Assembly: GCA_017427685.1 (NCBI GenBank)
Contig: JAFRSH010000027.1
Span: forward strand, 2,477 to 66,476
Direction of reading: 5' to 3'
DNA: 64,000 bases
Origin: Lachnospiraceae bacterium
GTDB taxonomy: Bacteria; Bacillota; Clostridia; Lachnospirales; Lachnospiraceae
Made by a program: the position numbers and the translations under genes. The notes beneath the pieces are model-generated. The model did no database searches, had not been told where the DNA came from, and saw only the letters and a program-made list of their open reading frames with translations. This document shows positions 37,431-45,878 of the stretch, piece after piece (the first letter of the stretch is position 1; every line of letters begins with the position of its first letter).

Positions 37431-37754
37431 ATGAAGCAGGACAAAGTTTACATGCTCCTCGGACTTGCCAAGAGGGCGGGCAGGATCGCTGCCGGAGAAT
37501 TCCTGACCGAGAAGTCGATTAAAGGCTTCAAGTCGTTTCTTTGTATCGTGGCGTGTGACGCCTCGGACAACACCAAGAAGAACTTCAGGGACATGTGCAA
37601 TTACTACGAGGTCGAGTACGCCGAGTACGGTGACAAGGAAGGCCTCGGACATGCGACCGGAACGCAGATGCGAGCCAGTCTTTCGGTTAACGACGAAGGC
37701 TTCGCGAAGAAGCTTAAGGACCTGATCGCTCTGCAAAACAGCACAGAACAATGA
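37431..37754 (+). CDS. ylxQ: L7Ae-family ribosomal-protein-like YlxQ
   Basis: LLGLAKRAGRIAAGE pattern. Conserved position between ylxR and infB. Confidence 0.8.
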   Translation: MKQDKVYMLLGLAKRAGRIAAGEFLTEKSIKGFKSFLCIVACDASDNTKKNFRDMCNYYEVEYAEYGDKEGLGHATGTQMRASLSVNDEGFAKKLKDLIALQNSTEQ

Positions 37755-37798
37755 ACAAAGCATTTAGGAAATAAAAAGGAACAGGAGAACTAAAAGGA

Positions 37799-40639
37799 AT
37801 GCCTAGTAATCAAACTATCACAATTCGCAGAAAGGACGGAACGGCTACCAAGTACATCGTCGGCGAAGACAACATGCTTGTCAATGCTCAGACCGGTGTA
37901 AAGTCTGACTTGAGGATGACACCGGAAGGGCTCTTCAATGTTAAGGAAGGAAAGCTGCTCCCGAAAAAGAGCGCACCCGCCGGTGACGGCTCACGTCGTC
38001 CGGCTGCCGGAGAGAAGTCTCAGGCGGGTCGTGGACAGTCGAAGCCCCAGTCACAGGTTTTTGACGGGCGCTCCGAGAGGGATAAGAGAGCCATCGCATC
38101 CGCGTCGACTCCCGCAGCCGGCAGAGGAAGCAGAAAGGCGCTTACCGAGACCCTTGGCGATAAGATAAAGGGCTTTGAGTTTGACCCTTCGGCTGAAACT
38201 ATCGATTATTCTCAGGTTCCCAAGAAAAAGAAGAAGGAGATCGAGCTTCCTCCCAACCCTCTTAAGGCAGCTAAGGCAGCTGAGGCTCCCGCAGCAGGTG
38301 AGACTGTCGAGGAGGCAAGACCCGCTCGTCCCGCAACACCCGCGCGCAGGGAAGCACGTCCCGAGAGAGAGGGCGGCAGAGAGCAGAGACCCGCAAGAGA
38401 CGGTGAGCGTCCCGCAAGAGGACCCCGTCCCGAAGGCGGCAGATCTTCGGATCGTCCCGCTTCGGGCAGAGACAGAGGCGGCGCACCCGCAGGCGGTCGT
38501 CCCGGATACGGAAGAGACGGCGGCAGACCTCAGGGCGGAAGACCCTTCGCAGGCGGTGAAGGCAGAGACCGCGGCGGCCGTCAGGGCGGATTCGGCGGAC
38601 AGGGCGGATTCGGCGGCAAGGATGAAGAGCCCGCACGTCGTACCTTCAGCAAGAAGAACGACTCTCGTTCTTCCGGCATGAGAGACCTTCCCGGCGATAT
38701 GGGAAGAAGCAGCTCGCGTGCCGATAACCTTAAAGACAGAAGCCGTGATAAGAATCGTAAGGATCGTAACACATCCTTTGACGAGGACGGCATGAGAAAC
38801 GGCAAGCAGAAGAAAGATCCCAACCGTAAGGGAGCTTTCCAGAAGCCTGTTGCTAAGCCCAAGGAAGAAGTGGTTGACGATATCAAGACGATCACCGTTC
38901 CCGAGGTCATCACCATCAAGGATCTTGCTGACAAGATGAAGCAGACTCCTTCGGTGATCATCAAGAAGCTCTTCATGGGCGGCAAGATGGTTAACCTCAA
39001 CTCCGAGATCTCCTACGAGGAAGCGGAAGAGATCGCCATGGAATACGAGATCCTCTGCGAGAAAGAAGTTAAGGTCAACATCGTTGAGGAACTCCTTAAG
39101 GATACAGAGGAAGAGGATCCCGAGAAGCTCATCAAACGTCCTCCCGTTGTCTGCGTTATGGGTCACGTTGACCATGGTAAGACATCACTCCTCGATGCGA
39201 TCAGAAAGACAAACGTTACCGCTCGCGAAGCAGGCGGTATCACACAGCACATCGGTGCATATATGGTCGAGATCGGCGGTCGCAAAATCACGTTCCTCGA
39301 CACACCCGGTCACGAAGCATTCACATCAATGCGTATGCGTGGTGCGAAGTCGACCGATATCGCGATCCTCGTGGTCGCAGCTGACGACGGCGTTATGCCC
39401 CAGACGGTTGAGGCTATCAACCATGCGAAGGCAGCCGGAGTACAGATCATCGTTGCAGTCAACAAGATCGATAAGCCCGGTGCAAATATCGAACGTGTTA
39501 AGCAGGAGCTCACAGAGCACGGCCTCGTAGCAGAGGATTGGGGCGGCGACGTTGTGTTCGCACCCGTTTCGGCCAAGACAGGCGAGGGTATCGAGAACCT
39601 CCTCGAGATGGTTCTTCTTACTGCAGATGTGCTCGAACTGAAGGCCAACCCCGACCGCAAGGCACGTGGTATTGTTATCGAGGCACAGCTTGACAAGGGA
39701 CGCGGTCCCGTTGCTACGGTACTCATCCAGAAGGGTACTCTTAATGTCGGCGAGAACGTCGCTATCGGCGCAGCACACGGCAAGGTTCGTGCGATGATCG
39801 ACGACAACGGACAGAAAGTTAAATCAGCTACTCCTTCAACACCTGTTGAGATCCTCGGTCTCAATGCGGTTCCCGAGGCCGGCGAGGTTATGCTCGCCGT
39901 TGCGGATGAGAAGGAAGCAAGGAACATCGCTTCGGCATTCATCTCACAGAACAAGGAGAAGCTTATTGCGGAGACTAAGGCCCGCATGAGTCTTGACGGA
40001 CTCTTCTCACAGATCCAGGCCGGTGAAGTCAAGGAACTTAACCTCATCGTCAAGGCCGACGTTATGGGTTCTGTTGAGGCCGTTAAGCAGAGTCTTGAGA
40101 AGCTCAGCAACGAAGAAGTCGTGGTTCATGTTATCCACGGCGGTGTTGGTAATATCAACGAATCCGACGTTACTCTCGCAAGTGCAAGTAACGCGATCAT
40201 CATCGGTTTCAATGTCAAGCCGGACAACACGGCCAAGGATATCGCGGAGCGCGAGAACGTGGATGTCAAGCTCTACAAGGTCATCTACGACGCTATCAAC
40301 GATATCGAAGCAGCCATGAAGGGTATGCTCAAGCCCGTATACGAGGAGCGCATCATCGCACATGCGGAGATCCGTCAGCTCTTCAAGGCTTCGGGACTCG
40401 GTGTTATCGCAGGTTCTTATGTGCTTGACGGTAAGGTTGAGAGAGGCTGCTCGGCACGTATCAGCCGTGGTGGCGAGCAGATCTACGACGGACCTCTTGC
40501 TTCGCTCAAGAGATTCAAGGATGACGTTAAGGAAGTTGCGGCAGGTTACGAGTGCGGTTTCGTATTCGAGAAGTTCAACGACATCGCAGAGCTCGACCAG
40601 GTAGAATTCTACAAGATGGTAGAGGTACCCAGAACCTGA
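37799..40639 (+). CDS. infB: Translation initiation factor IF-2
   Basis: G-domain motifs [19 protein letters not shown] and NKID. Low-complexity Arg/Gly/Pro-rich N-terminal region. Confidence 0.95.
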   Translation: MPSNQTITIRRKDGTATKYIVGEDNMLVNAQTGVKSDLRMTPEGLFNVKEGKLLPKKSAPAGDGSRRPAAGEKSQAGRGQSKPQSQVFDGRSERDKRAIASASTPAAGRGSRKALTETLGDKIKGFEFDPSAETIDYSQVPKKKKKEIELPPNPLKAAKAAEAPAAGETVEEARPARPATPARREARPEREGGREQRPARDGERPARGPRPEGGRSSDRPASGRDRGGAPAGGRPGYGRDGGRPQGGRPFAGGEGRDRGGRQGGFGGQGGFGGKDEEPARRTFSKKNDSRSSGMRDLPGDMGRSSSRADNLKDRSRDKNRKDRNTSFDEDGMRNGKQKKDPNRKGAFQKPVAKPKEEVVDDIKTITVPEVITIKDLADKMKQTPSVIIKKLFMGGKMVNLNSEISYEEAEEIAMEYEILCEKEVKVNIVEELLKDTEEEDPEKLIKRPPVVCVMGHVDHGKTSLLDAIRKTNVTAREAGGITQHIGAYMVEIGGRKITFLDTPGHEAFTSMRMRGAKSTDIAILVVAADDGVMPQTVEAINHAKAAGVQIIVAVNKIDKPGANIERVKQELTEHGLVAEDWGGDVVFAPVSAKTGEGIENLLEMVLLTADVLELKANPDRKARGIVIEAQLDKGRGPVATVLIQKGTLNVGENVAIGAAHGKVRAMIDDNGQKVKSATPSTPVEILGLNAVPEAGEVMLAVADEKEARNIASAFISQNKEKLIAETKARMSLDGLFSQIQAGEVKELNLIVKADVMGSVEAVKQSLEKLSNEEVVVHVIHGGVGNINESDVTLASASNAIIIGFNVKPDNTAKDIAERENVDVKLYKVIYDAINDIEAAMKGMLKPVYEERIIAHAEIRQLFKASGLGVIAGSYVLDGKVERGCSARISRGGEQIYDGPLASLKRFKDDVKEVAAGYECGFVFEKFNDIAELDQVEFYKMVEVPRT

Positions 40640-40747
40640 TCATAAGCGTATCGACATGACCGATGTTTGAGATCCGTTATAGCGGCAGGCGCCCGGCAGC
40701 GCATGTCGAACATAGGGATTAGGAAACAGAACAGGAGGACAGTCTCC

Positions 40748-41128
40748 ATGAGAAAGAACAGTATCAAAAACAACAGGATAAACCGTGAGTTCCAGAGAGA
40801 GCTTTCGGAGCTTATCAATAACGAGATCAAAGACCCCCGCATCGCACCGATGGTTTCGGTCGTAGCGGTTGAGGTCGCTCCCGATCTCAAGACATCGAAG
40901 ATCTACATCTCGGTACTCGGTGACCTTGAGGCACAGGAGAACACACTTAAGGGCTTAAAGAGCGCGGCTCCGTTCCTTCGCAGCCAGCTCGCCCACAACC
41001 TGAACATGAGAAACACGCCCGAACTGACGTTTATAGTGGACCAGTCCATCGAGTACGGCGTGAACATGTCACACCTCATCGACGAGGTGATCGAGGCTGA
41101 CGAGGCCTCCAAAGGGGAAGAAGATTAA
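40748..41128 (+). CDS. rbfA: Ribosome-binding factor A
   Basis: RINREFQRELSELI...VSVVAVEVAPDLKTSKIYIS. ATG 40748 follows AGGAGG. Confidence 0.9.
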   Translation: MRKNSIKNNRINREFQRELSELINNEIKDPRIAPMVSVVAVEVAPDLKTSKIYISVLGDLEAQENTLKGLKSAAPFLRSQLAHNLNMRNTPELTFIVDQSIEYGVNMSHLIDEVIEADEASKGEED

Positions 41129-42099
41129 TGGCATTTGAGAAACAAACTTTTTGGGATGATGTGAGCAATGCCGGAAGTATCGGCATTGCCGGACACATCA
41201 GGCCCGACGGCGACTGTGTCGGAAGTGCTTTGGGACTTGCAAGCTACATCCGCGACAACTTCGGCAAAGAGCCCACGGTCTACCTCGAGGAATTACCGAA
41301 GGCTTTTGATTTCCTCACGGGAGGAGACAAAGTCGTTACGGGATATCCCTACAGGGAAGAACCGTTCGACCTCTTTATCTCGGTTGACTGCGGCGACGAT
41401 GGCAGGCTCGGCAAGGCAATGGAGTACGTCAAGAAAGCTAAGAAGACGTACTGCATCGACCATCATGCGACAAGCAACGGTTTCCTCGAGAACAATCTCG
41501 TGAAGCCCGAAGCGGCCGCTACGGCACAGATCATCTACACACTCCTCGACGACAGCAAGGTAACTCTCGGCACGGCCGAGGCGCTCTACCTCGGGATCGT
41601 TCATGACACGGGAGTGTTCAAGCATTCATGCACCACGCGTGAGACGATGGAGATCGCGGGAGCGCTGCTTGACCACGGTGTTTCATCATCGAGGATCATC
41701 GACGGAACATTTTTTGAGAAGACATACCTTCAGAATCAGATACTCGGACGCTGCCTGATGGAGAGCATCCTGTGTCTTGACGGAAGAGTCATCTTCTCAT
41801 CCATAGACAGGAAGACTATCAATCTCTACGGACTCGCACCCGCGGACACGGAAGGCATCATCGACCAGCTTCGTGTCACCAAGGGAGTCGAGGTTGCGAT
41901 CCTCATCAGAGAACTCACTCCGCGCTCGTGGCGCGTGAGCATGAGGTCGTGTGAGATCGTGGACGTCTCCAAGATCTGCGCCATGTTCGGAGGCGGCGGT
42001 CACGTGAGGGCCGCAGGTGCCACCATGAGCGGTTCGAGACGCGACGTTATCAATAACCTTACCGCGGAAATCGAAAAGCAGCTCATAAACAGAGAATAA
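41128..42099 (+). CDS. nrnA: DHH-family phosphoesterase (NrnA-like oligoribonuclease / pAp phosphatase)
   Basis: GHIRPDGDCVGS, DCGD, IDHH and GGGGH motifs. Confidence 0.85.
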   Translation: MAFEKQTFWDDVSNAGSIGIAGHIRPDGDCVGSALGLASYIRDNFGKEPTVYLEELPKAFDFLTGGDKVVTGYPYREEPFDLFISVDCGDDGRLGKAMEYVKKAKKTYCIDHHATSNGFLENNLVKPEAAATAQIIYTLLDDSKVTLGTAEALYLGIVHDTGVFKHSCTTRETMEIAGALLDHGVSSSRIIDGTFFEKTYLQNQILGRCLMESILCLDGRVIFSSIDRKTINLYGLAPADTEGIIDQLRVTKGVEVAILIRELTPRSWRVSMRSCEIVDVSKICAMFGGGGHVRAAGATMSGSRRDVINNLTAEIEKQLINRE

Positions 42100-42192
42100 A
42101 GTTTAAGATCCGATAACAGAAGGATCCAAAAGATATGGAAGATGGAGCTGCTATGTAGTGAAAAGCATAACAGTGAAGAAAAGAAAGACTAC

Positions 42193-43287
42193 ATGGACGG
42201 AATCATAAATATATATAAAGAGCAGGGCTACACCTCTCATGACGTTATCGCACGCATGCGCGGTATCTCGGGTCAGAGAAGGGCAGGTCACACCGGGACT
42301 CTCGATCCCGATGCTGAGGGAGTGCTTCCCGTCTGCCTCGGAACCGCTACCCGTGTTGTCGAGATGCTCACAGACACCGACAAGTCATACGAAGCGGTCG
42401 TACTGCTCGGTATCGCGACGGACACCGAGGACATCTCGGGTGAGATCACAGCTTTCGGTCAGGACAGGCTTTCAGAGATCCCGGACGACAGCATAAGCGT
42501 TGCGGTACAAAGCTTTAAAGGTGAATACATGCAGATCCCGCCCGTCTACTCAGCCATCAAGAAGGACGGCAAGAAGCTCTGCGAGCTCACGCGAGAGGGC
42601 AAGGAGCTCACTCCGGAGGCGAGGAGCGTGACGATCAAAGAGATCGAGATCATGTCGAACATCGCGGACGGAGTACTCGGTGAGAAGCCGGAGCTCGTAC
42701 GGGGCGGAGACGGTTCGGAGGGCAGTGGGACGCTCGTTTTACAGGAAGGCTCATACATGGACCGCTTCGGCGCGAACGGTGAGCCCGAAGACGACCGTTT
42801 CAAGCGTAACAACGACCCCGAATGGATGAAGGACGAAGCAGTGCTCACGCTTCCCGTGAAGAGGTTCGTGATCAGAGTCGAGTGTGCAAAGGGGACGTAC
42901 ATCAGATCGCTCTGCCGAGACATCGGTGAGAAACTCGGGGTCCACGCGACCATGGAGAAGCTCATCAGGACAAGGGTCGGAAGCCTCGGGATCGAGAGCA
43001 GCCTGACACTCGCGCAGGCACAGGAGCTTGCCGGGGAAGGGAGGCTTTCGGAAGCGCTGATAGCGACAGACGAATGCTTCAAGGATCTGCCCGCGCTTCA
43101 CACAAAGGAGAAGTACGATCAGGTGTTGGAGAACGGTAACATCATGTTCTTCAGGCATTTCAAGGAATACATCAAAGAACCGGTATCACCGGTGAGGGTT
43201 TACACCTCGAAGGGCGAATTCCTTGCGGTCTACCAGTTCGAGGAGCGCCGCAAGCTTTACAAACCGCTCAAGATGTTCACACAGTAG
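42193..43287 (+). CDS. truB: tRNA pseudouridine(55) synthase TruB (with an internal insertion)
   Basis: GHTGTLDPDAEGVLPVCLG, YSAIK and CAKGTYIRSLCRDIG. An extra segment of about 60 aa lies before the CAKGTYIR block. Confidence 0.9.
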   Translation: MDGIINIYKEQGYTSHDVIARMRGISGQRRAGHTGTLDPDAEGVLPVCLGTATRVVEMLTDTDKSYEAVVLLGIATDTEDISGEITAFGQDRLSEIPDDSISVAVQSFKGEYMQIPPVYSAIKKDGKKLCELTREGKELTPEARSVTIKEIEIMSNIADGVLGEKPELVRGGDGSEGSGTLVLQEGSYMDRFGANGEPEDDRFKRNNDPEWMKDEAVLTLPVKRFVIRVECAKGTYIRSLCRDIGEKLGVHATMEKLIRTRVGSLGIESSLTLAQAQELAGEGRLSEALIATDECFKDLPALHTKEKYDQVLENGNIMFFRHFKEYIKEPVSPVRVYTSKGEFLAVYQFEERRKLYKPLKMFTQ

Positions 43288-43300
43288 TATTGTTTTAGAT

Positions 43301-43398
43301 GGGAACCAGGTACTGTTACAGTTACGAGGGTACCAGGTATTGTTACAAAGATGTTAGGGTCGAAGACCTTAACAGGTTTGTAACAGTACCTGGTTCCC
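43301..43398. repeat. Family C palindromic repeat (copy C3, with an extra duplicated left arm)
   Basis: GGGAACCAGGTACTGTTACA-gttacga-GGGTACCAGGTATTGTTACAAAGATGTTAGGGTCGAAGACCTTAACAGGTTTGTAACAGTACCTGGTTCCC. Confidence 0.85.
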
Positions 43399-43422
43399 GT
43401 ATTAAGTAAGGAGGGGTCAGAT

Positions 43423-43995
43423 TTGGAGATTTATACATATCCGGATGTGAATCTTAAGGACACGGCCGTTACGATCGGCAAATTCGACGGAGTTCATCAC
43501 GGACATCGATACCTTATAGATATCCTTAAAGAGAAGGCCGCTGAGAAGAAGCTCAAGACCGTTGTGTTCGTGGTCGACATGGAGGACGACACGAGCGGCA
43601 GGCTTGACATCGAGGTCCTCAAGAAGTCGATGAAGAAAGCTTCACTGCTCACCACATGGGACGAGAAGGTGAAGAAGCTTGAACAGATGGGTGTCGACGT
43701 GGTTGTGCGTTGCCCCTTCACCCGCAAGATCTCGATGCTCAGACCCATGATGTTCGCGAAGGACGTGCTTGCGAAAAAGCTCGGATGCAAGCTTATGGTC
43801 TGCGGTGACGATTTCCACTACGGCAGACTCGCTTCCGGCGATATCGCGAAGCTTGAGACCTACGGTGAGCGCTACGGTTACGAGACCTATACTGTTGAGC
43901 GTCTCAAGGAAGGCGGAGAGGTTGTCAGCTCCACAAGGATCAGAGACCTGATCGAGAACGGCAAGACAGACGAAGCCAAGAAATTGATGTCTTGA
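43423..43995 (+). CDS. ribF: FAD synthetase (FMN adenylyltransferase) domain protein; RibF lacking the riboflavin-kinase domain
   Basis: [16 protein letters not shown] and [12 protein letters not shown]. 190 aa, stopping where bifunctional RibF proteins continue into the kinase domain. TTG start after AAGGAGGGG. Confidence 0.75.
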   Translation: MEIYTYPDVNLKDTAVTIGKFDGVHHGHRYLIDILKEKAAEKKLKTVVFVVDMEDDTSGRLDIEVLKKSMKKASLLTTWDEKVKKLEQMGVDVVVRCPFTRKISMLRPMMFAKDVLAKKLGCKLMVCGDDFHYGRLASGDIAKLETYGERYGYETYTVERLKEGGEVVSSTRIRDLIENGKTDEAKKLMS

Positions 43996-44020
43996 CACCC
44001 GGCCCCGCGCGTTGTATTAT
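43992..44020 (+). promoter_or_regulatory. Candidate rpsO promoter
   Basis: TTGACA, 17-nt spacer, TATTAT. Overlaps the ribF stop codon and leaves a leader of about 90 nt. Confidence 0.5.
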
Positions 44021-44113
44021 ATCAGAGCACACGGACCATGCTCAGGTGAGCGGCTTCTCCCGCCGCCATTCCGGGTTTTGGTTTTCAGCTACAATAAAAA
44101 GGAGGAATTTAAC

Positions 44114-44380
44114 ATGACAAGCAAGGAAAGAAAAGCAGAGATCGTTGCTAAGTACGGCAAGAACGCTCAGGACACAGGTTCTACAGAGGTTCAGGTAGCT
44201 CTTCTTACAGAGAGGATCAACGACCTTACAGCACACCTTAAGAACAACCAGAACGATCATCACTCAAGACGTGGTCTTTTAAAGATGGTTGGTCAGAGAC
44301 GTGGACTTCTCGAGTACCTTAAGAAGTCAGACATCACAGCTTATCGTGAGCTTATCGAGAAGCTTGGTCTTCGTAAGTAA
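44114..44380 (+). CDS. rpsO: 30S ribosomal protein S15
   Basis: [51 protein letters not shown] 44114 follows AGGAGG. Confidence 0.95.
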   Translation: MTSKERKAEIVAKYGKNAQDTGSTEVQVALLTERINDLTAHLKNNQNDHHSRRGLLKMVGQRRGLLEYLKKSDITAYRELIEKLGLRK

Positions 44381-44401
44381 TAAGTTAACATCAAACACTT
44401 G

Positions 44402-44430
44402 GGCTCCGCGAGTTTCGCGGGGCCTTTTTT
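44402..44430 (+). terminator. Intrinsic terminator of rpsO
   Basis: GGCTCCGCG-agttt-CGCGGGGCC followed by TTTTTT. Confidence 0.8.
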
Positions 44431-44438
44431 CACTTTAT

Positions 44439-44509
44439 GGGAACCAGGTACTGTTACAAACCTGTTAAGGTCTTTGACCCTAACATCTTTGTAACAATAC
44501 CTGGTACCC
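44439..44509. repeat. Family C palindromic repeat (copy C4, inverted relative to C3)
   Basis: Equals the reverse complement of 43328-43398 with one mismatch by eye. Confidence 0.85.
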
Positions 44510-44600
44510 TGTTGGTGACTTCATCATGCACTTGTAAAAACCCTGAAAGTTTAATAAAATGAAAAGAAGGGGTTAAAGAACTTATGTAAGAGGTGGTTTT

Positions 44601-44966
44601 ATGCGAGAATCAGGCGAAATGTATCTTGAAACGATACTTGTGCTTTCAAAAGAGAAGGCGACAGTCAGGTCTATCGACGTGGCTGATCATATGAATTTCT
44701 CTAAACCCTCGGTGAGCAGGGCTGTCAACCGACTCAAGGACGACGGCTACCTTAACATGTCACCCGAAGGATTCCTTACACTTACAGACAAGGGACTTGA
44801 CGTTGCGAAGACTATCTACGAGCGTCATGTCGTTCTTACCAAGATCCTGGTAAAGCTCGGAGTCGATGAGCAGATCGCTGCGGAAGACGCATGCAAGATC
44901 GAGCACGACATCAGCCCCGAGACATTTGCGGCGTTGAAGAAGACAGCAGCCGGTTATATCGATTGA
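44601..44966 (+). CDS. DtxR/MntR-family metal-dependent transcriptional regulator (short form)
   Basis: MYLETILVL...VRSIDVADHMNFSKPSVSRAVNRLKDDGYL. Winged HTH plus dimerisation helix. Confidence 0.8.
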   Translation: MRESGEMYLETILVLSKEKATVRSIDVADHMNFSKPSVSRAVNRLKDDGYLNMSPEGFLTLTDKGLDVAKTIYERHVVLTKILVKLGVDEQIAAEDACKIEHDISPETFAALKKTAAGYID

Positions 44967-44985
44967 TCCCGAAAGGAAGCTTGCT

Positions 44986-45864
44986 TTGAAGTCCACAGGT
45001 TTGAACGTATTCTGTTCGTGCTCTTCGGATGCGCAACCATCTAAGAGCAGCAGAGAACTTATCACAGCAGCCGGTCACATGCCGGTTGAGGGCGATGCCC
45101 GCACCCTGCTCGGTGCGGACGCTCTTTTTATCTGTGTCTGCGGCAAGGAGAACAGGCGTGTCAAGGAAGACCTCAATCTCGCGCTCGACAAGGGTCTCCC
45201 GGTCGCGTACATCCTCGAAGAGGGCGGTACGCTTGACTCCGGTCTGAGTATCCAGCTCGCGATCGCGGCGAAGGTGGACGGGGCGAACCCGGCGAACGAC
45301 CTGACCGCATGGCTTAAGGGCGTGAGCGAGAGCGTATCGGCCGGACAAAAGAAGAGCAGGATCAAGCTGGCAGTGATCCTAACCGCAGTGTTACTGCTTG
45401 TTGCAGGCGGAGTGATAGCGGCTCTGACGCTTATGAACCAAGATACGGGTACCGCAGCAGAGTCGGCACTTTCGGAAGTCGAAAGACTCGGGATAGATGT
45501 GGAAGCACTCAAAAAGAGCGAGAAGATAGATCTCGCGGGACTCGGACTCACGGATATCTCGTTCCTCGCGGATTGCACCGCGTGCAAGGAGCTTGATATC
45601 AGCGACAATTCCATAAGCGACATCGGCGTGCTCATGGGACTTAAGGAGCTGAGCGTCCTGAAGGCGGATAACAACAGGATCGTTGACATAAGCGTTCTGA
45701 GCAGCACCACGGGGCTCTTGGTACTGAGCGTTCGGGGCAACAGGGTCAAGGACATCAACGTCCTGCTCGCGCTCACGCAGCTGAGGGAAGCGGACATCCG
45801 CGACAACCCGATAGAGGATTACACGGCAATGAATTTCCTGACCGGAGTGAACATACAGAGTTAA
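44986..45864 (+). CDS. Single-pass membrane protein: TIR-like cytoplasmic N-domain, TM helix, extracytoplasmic internalin-type LRRs
   Basis: TTG start after GAAAGGAAG. N-domain strands NVFCSCSS / ALFICVCGK / PVAYILEE parallel the clear TIR in the next gene. QKKSR, then TM IKLAVILTAVLLLVAGGVIAALTLM. About four 22-aa repeats follow (LTDISFLADCTACKELDISDNSISDIGVLMGLKELSVLKADNNRIVDISVL...). The LRR call is solid; the TIR-like call is tentative. Confidence 0.6.
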   Translation: MKSTGLNVFCSCSSDAQPSKSSRELITAAGHMPVEGDARTLLGADALFICVCGKENRRVKEDLNLALDKGLPVAYILEEGGTLDSGLSIQLAIAAKVDGANPANDLTAWLKGVSESVSAGQKKSRIKLAVILTAVLLLVAGGVIAALTLMNQDTGTAAESALSEVERLGIDVEALKKSEKIDLAGLGLTDISFLADCTACKELDISDNSISDIGVLMGLKELSVLKADNNRIVDISVLSSTTGLLVLSVRGNRVKDINVLLALTQLREADIRDNPIEDYTAMNFLTGVNIQS

Positions 45865-45878
45865 AGAAAGGAAGGATT

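Noticed and set aside
44012-44113. 34-codon upstream extension of the rpsO ORF in the track. Similar extensions occur at 26489 (recU), 40667 (rbfA), 42142 (truB), 28271 (mazE-like) and 3912 (lipoprotein).
   Set aside because: In each case an internal ATG with a proper Shine-Dalgarno sequence gives the canonical N-terminus. The extensions cover promoter or leader sequence.
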